64,000 nucleotides of DNA. Source: Camelus dromedarius. Lineage: Eukaryota. The translations under genes were made by a program, and so were the position numbers. The number at the start of each line of letters is the position of its first letter. Positions within the stretch are counted from its first letter, which is position 1. The stretch is taken from contig NC_087437.1 in assembly GCF_036321535.1 (NCBI RefSeq), forward strand, positions 86,306,001 through 86,370,000, given 5' to 3'. Shown here in pieces: positions 38,898 through 49,709 of the stretch. The notes beneath the pieces were generated by a model that worked only from the letters and a program-made list of their open reading frames with translations, did no database searches and was not told the origin of the DNA.

Positions 38898-41071
38898 ATT
38901 ACCTTGAGAAGAAACACAGCTGACAGTCCTTAAGTGGACCATTCTGTCCCCACTTACGTTTAAGAACCTCTCTGGTATGGGGCTATCTGTGAACATTTAC
39001 TTGGAACAGAAGTATTCTCAGCTCTGGGCATTTCTTGCTCAAACATCCGTGTTTTTAGGCCTAAGATCTAACTCTTCACAGGTCTCTGAACAACCGGACA
39101 GACCATTTGTAACCATTGAGAAAGTAGCATAGACCCTGATCTCAGATAATTTCTCATTCTAAGCAAAGTGGACAGTGAGAAATACTGCTTATCTCTCTGC
39201 TTGTTGAGAAGGTTTTGCTTCTCCAGTGCTTTTCAGGATCACCCTTGAGAGAGGCTGGAGTTTGTTAATTTCTTCATTTCTGGCTGCAGTTTCATAGCAG
39301 GCCTACCTCTGGTTCATGCTGGCACATCACACTGGAGCATCTTTTCATTTTCATCTTTGGGGTCACAGGCCTTTCCACGTGAGTCCATAAAAGGAACCTG
39401 AAGGAGAGAAAGAAGTCAGGAGAGCGAGCAGCCCGCACAGGCCACTCAGTGGTGCTTGGGGCTCATTCCATTCATACCATTTGAACATTTCACCACTGAA
39501 CTGCTGTCACAACTAAATTTATGGCTAGAAGGAAAACACAGCATCTAGCTCATGATGAGCTGTTCAAATCATGAAGTGTCCTGCAGTTAGATCTTCAGGC
39601 CCCATGAAAGCCTGAAGGATATCAGGAACAGTCTCTCAAAGGGAAAATAATTGCTGAAGGAAATGTGAACTCCTCCCAACTCATAGGGATCTCTACTAAA
39701 ATCCTTCTTTTGGGACTTGCTACAGTCTCTCAAGAGTACCCTGCCATCTGTAGACCACTGGAACCCAACTGGATCTGATGGGTCATTGGTTAGGCTGCAT
39801 GACAGACTGCTTGTGAATTTTGAACTAACCAGAGGGCATTCTCTTATTTTGGTTCCCACCTACATTTGGCAGCTTTTGGACTCATACTGTAAAAAGATCA
39901 GAGCAGAACATCTAAAGATGAAGTATACCCCCAGAATGCAAGGTGCATCAAAATCTGTCCTTCCATCTTAGTGACAGACACCCAGGTTTGATAGCAACAT
40001 CTCTCACTTGGGCAGGAATATTCCAATGTGACCAAATTGTTGCTGAAAATAGCTCAGTGCTCTCAGGCCTGGGAAAGGAATCGGTTTGAAGACTGAGTCT
40101 GATTGGGCCTATAGTTAGGTACTTTCAGGACAGAATTCCATTTATCAACTGAGCCTCATAAACCTCAGTTCTAAACTGCATACCTTACTCTTAGGTGTTT
40201 TGCCTCCTCAATGCCAGTATCTAATAATGACTCCAGTTTTGGGAATCATTTTCTTTAGTGCAGTTACCCGTTGCATTTATTTTGCTTTGAAGAAGAAAAC
40301 TAGGAGAAAAGTTTACGGATGCTTCTTCAAGGGCATCCCCCCTCTCCTTCATTCACGAGGTCCTGGATCCATCCACTGACTCAAGATTGGCCTTTAGGAA
40401 GAGATGGTGATTTCTTTACATTGAGACTCTGCAACCTCGATTTGCTAACCCATAGAGTTTGGGGGTGAAAACCTCAGTGAAGAATTTTGTGGGTTGTCTT
40501 TCTTTCTCATTCTTGGAAGATCTTTGCGTGTTAACCCTTTCTCCAAGATTTGATCACTGTGCTCTCTCTGACTTTGATTCAGGTCAGTCTGGGCTGCTAC
40601 CTAAGCTCAGTGCCTCAGATTACCCCCATTCTACCTGACATCTGAGAGCCCACTTCCATTGCAGGCCCTCCCAGCAGGGTTTCTGATTTTACAATGCTTT
40701 TTAAAATTCCAATGATTTCCTCAACTGTCTACTGCTAAAATAATCATGAAAAAAAAATATATATATACATGTATATATGTCTTCTATATCAGTGGGTAGG
40801 ATGGATAAGTGAGGAGGTGAATAGGTAGGAACCACATGAATGATTCAAGCCAGAATGTCTGTCTTCCAGTCTTTGTGTATTTTTTCTTTTATATTATGCC
40901 AAGGAATGTCTAGCTTTGCAGTGTTGTTCGGTATGTGCCAGGGGTTTATCTGGGATGGCATTAGGCAACCTAGCAAACTGTTAGAACTGAAGCTGGTGGC
41001 CCTAGCTAACACATGGAATGAAATTAGCAATATTAATACATTCAGCCTGATTCAAAATTATAGATGCCTTT

Positions 41072-41420
41072 TTGTATCAGTATCCTAATTGTTGTGTAAC
41101 AAATTACCACAAACTTAGTATCTTACAACAATATAACCTATTATCTCATAGTTTCATAGGTCAGAAGTCCAGGTACAAGTTCAAGGAGCTGCTCAGGGTT
41201 CTCACAAGGCTAAAATCAAGGGGTCAATCAGAGCCAAGATCTCAAATGAAGCTAGGAATCCTCTTCCAAACTCACCAAATGTTGGCAGAATTCAATTTCT
41301 GGCAGCTGCAGAGCTCAGGCTATTAGCTCCTGAGGGCACCCACCATTCCCACCTGGTGACCCTCTCTACAGCATGGCAGTTTGTATCTAAAAGATAGGAG
41401 GAGGCATCTGCTGCTGCTTC
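41072..41420 (-). mobile_element. MLT1-type LTR fragment
   Basis: TGTATCAGT...TGTGTAACAAATTACCACAAACTTAGT...TTATCTCATAGTTTC...GGTCAGAAGTCCAGG. Confidence 0.75.
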
Positions 41421-42659
41421 TAATCTCTTACTTCTGGTTCTGAAGTCTGAGCCTGGTGGTGTGCAAGGCTCATGATCTGGAGGTTTCCAGATCTTTTCCT
41501 CCAAATAACCTTTCCCTGCCCTTCTTCTCAAAAAGGGTCATTCTGTGTCCTCTTTCCTCTGTGATCTTTTCACATGTCAGTCCTCCCATCACCATGCCAG
41601 ATGATCTGTACAAATTCTTCTCAGACTTTACGGTATTTTATAAGATTCTGTTCCTCTCTCTGTCTTTTTTTTTTTTTTTTTGTATCATGGATCGGTGTGT
41701 GATAATGCTTTTGGGATCTTTATATCCCCATTTATATTAAAAGATAATTTAGAAGTTTGTTACTTTCTTGATTGCTATTCTCTTAAATTTGAAATATACT
41801 TGGGGCTTCTTTTTTAAAAAATTCTTTTGCTTTATTGGTTGTTTTTCTTAAGGAATAAACTGAAGTTTATCTATCTTATCTATGTGTTTTTTACTTTCAT
41901 TAGAACCCTCTTAATTTTTAGAATTAATGAAGAAGCAAATTAGCACATTATTGAATATCCTGTTACAGGCATTAGTTTAAATTTTCATAATTTTATGCTA
42001 GTTAGGGTAAGATACGCTATGGAGTGATGACACTTTAATCCACAAATCTTCAATTTAATTCCCAGATCACCAAATCTTAGTGGCTTAGCAAAATAAGAGT
42101 TTATTTTTTAATCATGTAAAGCCCAATGTGGTTTGTGTAAATCTCTTACATCTTTAGTTATGCCATCTGGAACACATGGCTTCCAATGTTCCCCGCAAGA
42201 ACGGAGGCGTACTTCTTATTAACTGTCTTAGCACGGAAGTGACAAAACACACTTGCTTTTAACTTAAATAGCCCCAGCCCAAGGAAGCACATGGAATATT
42301 TGGTCAGCATTGTTCCTGTTACAGATTTTTTTGTCTAAGGTTAAGATTACTATTTATTCCTTTGAGAGAGGTGCAAATACCTATTACCTATTTAACCTTT
42401 GGTAATATATTTTACGGAGCGTGAGGTTCTTTTAACTCTGAATAAAATTTAGAGAGTGGGTATAATTAACTATGCCTGCTAGTAGACCCGCTGGGGACTT
42501 AGGATAATGACATTGAGTTGGCTATTAATGTGGTAGGGTGAAAAAAAAGTATGATAACATTGGATCTTGAAATTATTCCTGTGGTGAGAACTGTTATTAT
42601 TTTAGAAATTGCCTTGAAAAATGGCTTTAGATTTAGAAAGTCAAGTCCTGAGAACGTGG

Positions 42660-42832
42660 TCTGTAGTTCTGCTAATCAAGTGTAGTCCATGGACCAGCCG
42701 CAGCATTGCCCGGGAGTTTATTAGAAATGAAATATCTTTGACCCCACCCCAGACCTACTGATCCAGAATTTGTATTTTAACAAGACCCTCAGGTAACTTC
42801 TACACACAGTTAAAGCCCGAGTCATTCTGGTC
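42660..42832. mobile_element. MER5A-like hAT-Charlie MITE
   Basis: GTCCATGGACCAGC...TTAGAAATG...CCCCACCCCAGACCTACTGA...ATTTTAACAAGA. Confidence 0.75.
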
Positions 42833-43606
42833 TATCAGGCCACAGCGCAGAAGATAGAGAAATGATTCTGTAAGAAGTGAACAGAAAGTGGGTGGGGTGG
42901 CAGTGGATGGCAGCCAGGGAGAGAGAAGGGGAGAGGATGTCAGAGAAGGGAGCAAAGAGGCTGAGACCCACAGCACGAGAACGCAGCTGTGGGGAAGGTC
43001 TCTGGTAAGAAATTATTAGATGTGAGGTGGACAGAGGACCTTAGGAACTGGTGTTTCTAAAACTCAACTTTAAACTGCAAAAGTTGCTTTAATTTTTTAA
43101 AGTTGCAGTTTTTTTTTAATGATACAATAATAAATTAACTGTTACTAGCTCTAGCATGGGGAATAACCCTTTTATTTAAGAGGTTTATTTATATTACATT
43201 GTTCTAAATACAGAAATTGAATTCTTGAGGCTTGAGAGGAAGTGAAATAAGGATAATTCATCTAGGTAGATTCTGAGTGAGGTTATAGGAACCAGCTTTC
43301 ACTGGATCTGGGACGTTACCATCATTAACATGATCCTTATTAGCCTTCATATCCATTTTTTGGAATGGACTTTAAAAGGACATATTCAAGAACACTGGCT
43401 TTAAAATATTCATAAAATAGTAAAATTTTAACTTCCTGCAATTATATGTTACTTTTGTATCTTTCAAAATAGCATATTTGGCATTTTGTCCTTGAATCTC
43501 ACAGCTATTCTGTGATGCACCTTCCTGACTTTAGGGAAATGTTAGCTTTGCTCTGCTTCTGTGTAAAGTTATTACCCACTCTCTTTCTCTTTCTATTATC
43601 ATTTGA

Positions 43607-43674
43607 TTTTTTTTTTTTCTAGTGGAGTACTGGGGATTGAACCAACTCTACCACTGAGCTGTTACCCTCCCCCC
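43607..43674 (-). mobile_element. Internally deleted Vic-1-type SINE
   Basis: Poly-T, then GTACTGGGGATTGAACC joined almost directly to ACTCTACCACTGAGCT...CCCTCCCCC; TSD TATT(A/C)TCATTTGAT on both sides. Confidence 0.8.
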
Positions 43675-43877
43675 TATTCTCATTTGATCTTCTTGAAGAA
43701 ATAGTTTATTCTAGGGGTCTCTATTTCCTCTCTTTTCACTCTCCCACTGGTATTAGTGTCTGAGAATTTTAATGGTGATCCTATTATTAAACTGACTGGA
43801 TACATTTTAACTCTCATCCTAAATAATAGTAATTATTATTAATAACTTCTCTGCAACATTTGATACTGTTGAAGCAT

Positions 43878-44312
43878 CTTTTTTTTTTTAAGTGAATATA
43901 GTTGATTTACAATGTTGTGTTAGTTTCTGGTGTATAGTATAGTGACTCAGTTACATGTATATATGTATATGTTCGTTTTCAGATTCTTTTCCATGATAGG
44001 TTATTACAAGATATTGAATATAGTTTCCTGCACTATACAATAGGACCTTGGGTATCTGTTAATCCCAAACTACTAATTTATCCCTCCCCCACCTTTCCCC
44101 TTTGGTAACCATAAGTTTGTTTTCTATGTCTGTGAGTCTCTTTCTGTATTGTAAATAAATTCGTTTGTATCATTCTTTTAGATTCCACATATAAGTGATA
44201 TATGGTATTTGTCTTTCTCTGTCTGACTTACTTCATTTAATATGATAATCTCTAGGTCAATCCATGTTGCTGCAAATGGCATTATTTCATTTTTTCTTGG
44301 CAGAGTAATATT

Positions 44313-44360
<48 letters not shown>

Positions 44361-44702
44361 CGCGCACGCGTGCACATATGACCATCTTCTTTATCTATTC
44401 CTCTGTTGATGGACACTACATTGCTTCAGTGTCTTAGCTATTGTAAATAGTACTGCTGTGAAAATTGGTATGCATGTATCTTTTCAAATCAGAGTTTTCA
44501 TCTTTTCTGGATGTGCCCAGGAGTGGGATTGCTGGATCATGTGGTAACTGTTTTTAGTTTGTTAAGGACCCTCTATACTTTTCTCCATAGTAGCTGCACC
44601 AATTTGCATTCCCACTAACAGTAAGGAAGGGTTCCCTTCACAACTTCTTTAGCATTTATTATTTGTAGACTTTTTGATGATGGTCATTCTGACTGGTGTG
44701 AT
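43878..44702 (-). mobile_element. LINE-1 3' end with internal (TG)n(CG)n microsatellite
   Basis: Minus-strand ORF 44178-44375 includes KNEIMPFAATWIDLEIIILNEVSQTEKDKY (L1 ORF2 end); poly-T at left. Confidence 0.88.
44315..44380. repeat. (TG)19(CG)6 compound alternating purine-pyrimidine tract
   Basis: Read directly; alternation continues through CACGCGTGCACATATG. Confidence 0.95.
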
Positions 44703-44999
44703 GGAAACTTAACCTTTTGAAATTGACCTCCTTTCATGTCTATAAGCATGTCTTCAAATTTTCTTTCTCTACATACGTATTACTAATTCTGCTTTTACTG
44801 TTTTGATGATCTCTGATTGTCCTTAAATGTTAGAGAGTCCCAGGGTTCCATTTTGACCTTCTCGCCTCATTGGACATCATTCTCCAGTTTAAACTACTAG
44901 CTGTATCCTACTGTCTCACTAACATTGTTAAACCATTCAAATAATCCATGCTTGATATAATCTAATTTTTGAAAACAGATATGTGCTAAAAAAAAATGC

Positions 45000-47480
45000 A
45001 TTCATAGTTTTACTAGCCAGAAACCAGTGTAACATTTTGTTTTATATTCTTCTAAGCTCCTTTGTCTGTATCCATACATTCTTGGAAATTAAAATATATA
45101 AATACAGAATGGAGCTGTGCTCTACATATTACTTATGACTTGATATTTCACCTAAATATGATGATTTTTTCATATCAATAAATTAAAATATATGTCATAC
45201 TTTAAAATAGATTCATAATTTTCCATCATGTAGTCATAATATTTAACCAAAACCGTATTTTTGACACTTACATTTTTTCCAATATCTTGCCTATATCCAT
45301 AATACTGTGATGAATATATTCATATATACTTCTTTACATATGTCCATGTTCATTTCCTCAGGTTAATTTCCTAGAAATAGAATTGTTAGCTGAATATCCA
45401 AAGAGTGTGCCTCTTATGGAGATTTTAAAGACACATTGTGAGATTTGTCCCTGGAAATCTGCTTATAAAAGTAGACATTTTAAGAGTGCCTAATTGCTTT
45501 CATCTTTGCCAGCATTGGCTACTAACTTCTTTTTAAATCTTTGTCAATGCAATAGGGATAAAAAAGAGCTGACAATTTTGGCATGGGGGGGAGTAGTCCA
45601 TTCTATTTTTCAGTTAATACATTAATTTTTTTCCTTTAAAATCATATTTTAGTTCTCTACTTCTCCTTTTTCATAGCAGCCTACTTTTGTTTTATGGATG
45701 CCTGATCTTCTCAATTTATTTAGGATATTAGTTACAAATTTTTTAAAGTTATCTTCTGTATCTTCAATTACCACTATTTTGTTTGGGATCTGTATGTTCC
45801 TCTTTCATACTATTAATTTTATATGAATATCTGGTGATCTTTGGCTGTTGTTTCATATTTTTTGAAGACAGCTCCAAGTTGATTAGATAGGCTAGGTGTA
45901 TGGCATAGGATTCCTCTGTGGTTGTTTAGGTCTGCTTTTCTAATAGTATGGTCCTTTGGGGAAACTCATTAATTCCATGTAAGTAAGTAGGCAGTTGTGT
46001 CAATAGCCAGGCTTCTCTTTAGGAGCCTGTGTGGGAACTGGGGGAGGGCAGATTGTCAAGGTAAGGGCATTACTTATAGAAAATAAGTCTTTCTAGTTGC
46101 TTTACCCACTTTCTCCTAAATTGTAACTGGGACAAGGTTGGAGTGACTGGAATTTCTGCTCTTTGTCATCTTAATGACACACATGGATCCGTCCCAAGCA
46201 GTATCTCCCTAGTTTTCAGGTTTTATTTTAAAGACTAAAATCATTGCCTCTTCTGTAAGTGGAAGGAGAGAGAGACTCCAATTGCTTTGTGATTCTAATG
46301 GAGTTGTACCATTAATCTGATGGCCATTCTTACTATCAATTGATTCTAGAGCTTCTCTGCTGCTAGGTATTTTAAACTTGTGTCATGCTATGTCTAAATT
46401 TGCTTTTTATTCACTCATTTTATTTGGCACTCAGTAGACTCTGTTTACATGAAGACTAGTCTTTCTCATCAGCTCTGAAAATTTTTCTACTTTTATGATA
46501 ATTTCTTTCCTCCACATCTTGTTTTCTTTCTAGAACTCCTCCAGAAATGATCCTTTATGACTTTGACTTGTTTCTGAATTTTGCTCTGTATTCCAGGAGA
46601 TTTCTTTAACTTTTTCTTTCAACCTTTTATTATTGAAAATCATATTGTAAATTTCTTGAAGTATTTTTTTTTCTTTGGTTTAACTTTCATCCCCTTCTTT
46701 CATGGATGTATTATCTTAAGGCACTATGAAGATACTCATTGGGCTATAAAACGTTTCTTAAAGTTATCTTCTCTGAATTACTTTTTTTTTCCCCTTTGTC
46801 AGTTTTCTTTTTCATGCTGCTGGTAGCTGTTAATTTTTTCCTCCATATTTCTCATGATTCTTGGTTGCCTCTTCATATTTAAGCAACAATATCAGGTTGG
46901 TTTTAGTAGATTTGTGTGGGTTTCTTCTGCTGTTATAGGTATCGATCTGGTTTCCTGCTAGTCTTTCTTCTAAATGGAAGAGTTAGCAGGTAGCTCCATG
47001 TACACTCATTAGTTGATTCATTTATATAATATGTTTGTTGGGCCCACTATGAGTGTTCTGCTTCATGTACTTTGGGATGTACTGGGAAACCAGGGACCTG
47101 GAAAACCAGTACTGTGCATCATCGCTGGACTTTCAAATTAATCCTCCTGGTCCTAGTTGCCTTTCTCCCACTCTCCTGCTAATGCTGTATTGCAGTCTTT
47201 CTGAGACCTCTTATTTCCAAACAGCAAAAAGGTCCTTATTTGCCTTGTACTTCTGTGTATGCATTTTGGATCAAGGCTTTCTTGCCTTTGTTTTATTCAT
47301 CAACAGGTTTTCATCACTTTTCCAGCCTGGAGAATTTGTTAAAATCACTTCTCTTAACAATGACCTTTTCCATTCTCTCAACTGTTGTTATCCTTTTTAA
47401 AAAATTTTTTTTTCTTCTCATCACTTTTATACCATCTTGGAGAGAGATTAGATAAATGCTATCTGACAGCATCAGCATAA
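45000..47480 (-). mobile_element. Old L1M/HAL1-like degraded fragments
   Basis: T-rich L1ME-type 3' UTR motifs (TTCCTAGAAATAGAATTG) and two mutually similar HAL1-like blocks (~45620-45900, ~46600-46940). Confidence 0.5.
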
Positions 47481-47549
47481 ACGCCACTTTCCATGTCTTT
47501 AAAGAGCAACTAGCAACAGTCACTAGCTTCCTTGCCTTATGTATTAGTC

Positions 47550-47962
47550 TGTTTGCCCTGCTCTAACAAAACGCCACAGACTACATGGCTTAAACCAGAA
47601 AAATTTGTTTTTTTCACGGTTCCGGCGGCTGGAGTGTCCAAGATCAAGATTCTGGCCAATTCAGGTTCTAGTCACGGCTCCCCTCCTGGCTGGCAGATCT
47701 TGCTTTCTTGCTGTGTCTTCACCTGACCTTCCCTTGGTTCATATGTACGTGCAGGGAGAGAAAGAGAATAACCTCTCTAGTATCTCTTCTTATAAGGACA
47801 CTAATCCTATGGGATCAGGGTCCCACCCTTATGACCTCATTCAACCTTAGTTATTTTCTTAGAGGCCCCATCTCCAAAAACAGCCCCACTGTGGATTACT
47901 GCTTCAGCATATGAATTTGCTGGGAGCGGGGGAGGGTGCAGAACAAACATTCAGTCCGTAAT
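47550..47962 (-). mobile_element. MLT1A-like LTR
   Basis: TGTATTAGTCTG...TCCAAGATCAAG...CTTCTTATAAGGACACTAATCC...CCTTATGACCTCATT...AAACATTCAGTCCGTAA. Confidence 0.85.
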
Positions 47963-48042
47963 TCCTCATCAAATAGAATATAAATGTTTAATTTTTTTCT
48001 GCTATGATGGAAGGGGAGAGGTAGTTTTTTTCCCCCCCTATT

Positions 48043-48744
48043 CTTTTTTTAAATTGAAATACAGTTAATTTACAATATTGTGTTAGTTTCAGGTGTACAG
48101 CATAATGATTTGGTTTTTTTGCAGATTATATTCCATTATGGGTTATTATAAGATATTGGGTATAATTCCTTGTGCTATTCAGTTGCTTATCTATTTTATG
48201 TATACTAGTTTGTATCTGTTAATTCCATACTCCTAATTTGTCCTCCCACCCACTTTGGTAACCATAAGTTTGTTTTCTATGTCTGTAAATCTGTTTCTGT
48301 CTTGTACATAGATTCATTTGTATCCTTTTTTAGATTCCACTTGTAAGTGATATCATATAGTATTTGTCTTTCTCTGTCTGACATTCTCTAGGTTCATCCA
48401 TGTTGCTGCCGATTGCAATATTTCATTCTTTTTGTGGCTGCATAATATTCCATTGTGGATATATACCACATCTTCTTAATCCAGTCACCTATTAATGGGC
48501 ACTTGGGCTGCTTCCATGTTATGGCTATTGTAAATAGTGCTGCTATGAACATTGGGGTGAATGTATCTTTTTGAATTAGAGTTTTCATTTTTTTTCTTGA
48601 TATACACTCAGGAATAGAATTGCTGGATCATATGGTAGCTCTATTTTCAGGTTTTTTTTTTTTTTTTTAATGAACCTCCATACTGTTTTCCATAGTGGTA
48701 GAAACAATTTACATTCCCACCAACAGTGTAAAAGAGTTTCCTTT
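48043..48744 (-). mobile_element. LINE-1 3' end
   Basis: Minus-strand ORF 48394-48588 ([34 protein letters not shown]) is the L1 ORF2 C-terminus; imperfect TSD GGGGAGAG(G/T)TA. Confidence 0.88.
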
Positions 48745-49317
48745 GGGGAGAGTTATGTTTTTTTGTTTGTTTGTTTGTTTACTTTGTTTTTACCTTTTTT
48801 TTTTAAGTTGGCCTGAGTTTCTGTGTACTAAATGCACCTTTCCTTATTACCTGTTTTATTTTCCTTCTTTTCCTTGACTCCTTATCTCAATTATTTTCCC
48901 TCCTTTTCTTAATAAGTTAGTATTTTACTCCTTTGTTATTTAGACTGTGTCTTATATCCTTTCAGAAAGTCAACAGGGAGTTCTGAAAAGCTGGTAGGAA
49001 TTGTATTGAACTATAAATACCTACTTGATGCTTTACCAATATTTCAAATAATCTCATTTCCACCTTAGCACTTAGAAATAATAATATCCTATGGACCTGG
49101 GGATGGTCATTCTAAGTGAAGTAAGCCAGGAAGAGAAAGGAAAATACCATATGATATCACTCATATGTGGAATTTGGGGGAAAAAGAAAAAAGGACACTA
49201 ATGAACTCATCTACAAAACAGAAACAGAATTGCAGTCATAGTAAACAATCTTATGGTTACCTGGGGGGAAGGGGGTAAGAAGGGATAAATTTGAGAGTTT
49301 TAAGATTTGCAAATGTT

Positions 49318-49423
49318 GGGGGTAGGAGATAGAGCTCAGTGGGAGAGCACGTGCTTGGTGTGCATGAGGTCTTGGGTTTAATCCCCAGTACCTCTGTTAA
49401 GGAAAAAATTTAAAAATCAACAC
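49318..49423 (+). mobile_element. Vic-1-type SINE nested in an L1 3' UTR
   Basis: Perfect 16-bp TSD AAGATTTGCAAATGTT at 49302-49317 and 49424-49439. Confidence 0.9.
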
Positions 49424-49629
49424 AAGATTTGCAAATGTTAACCACTATATATAAAGATAGATAAAAAACAGATTTCTTCTGTGTAGCACAGAAGACTATA
49501 TTCAATACCTTATAACAACCTTTAATGAAAAAGAATATGAAAATGAATATATGTATATATATATACATGACTGGGACATTATGCTGTACACTAGAAATTG
49601 ACACATAGTAGTTGGCTATACTTCAGTAA

Positions 49630-49651
49630 AATAATAATGATGATGATGATG

Positions 49652-49709
<58 letters not shown>
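49630..49709. repeat. (GAT)n(AAT)n trinucleotide microsatellite (L1 tail)
   Basis: Read directly. Confidence 0.93.

Larger units (their letters stand above)
36200..40700 (-). mobile_element. Ancient degraded ERVL/MaLR internal region (dUTPase-like, integrase, RNase H/RT remnants)
   Basis: Patchy colinear similarity to the recalled ERVL pol reverse complement, e.g. CACCAGGTAGCTG (~38091), CCTCTATCCCTGCGACCATAGCTACTTT (~38231, integrase HHCC region), TTTATGGCTAGA (~39518), TGGATCTGATGGGTCAT (~39770). No intact ORF; boundaries approximate. Confidence 0.7.

Noticed and set aside
38900..40700. Higher-complexity intronic stretch that first looked like a processed pseudogene or non-retroviral endogenous viral element
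   Set aside because: Better explained as degraded ERVL pol on the minus strand; no poly(A)/TSD pair and no cellular protein resemblance seen.
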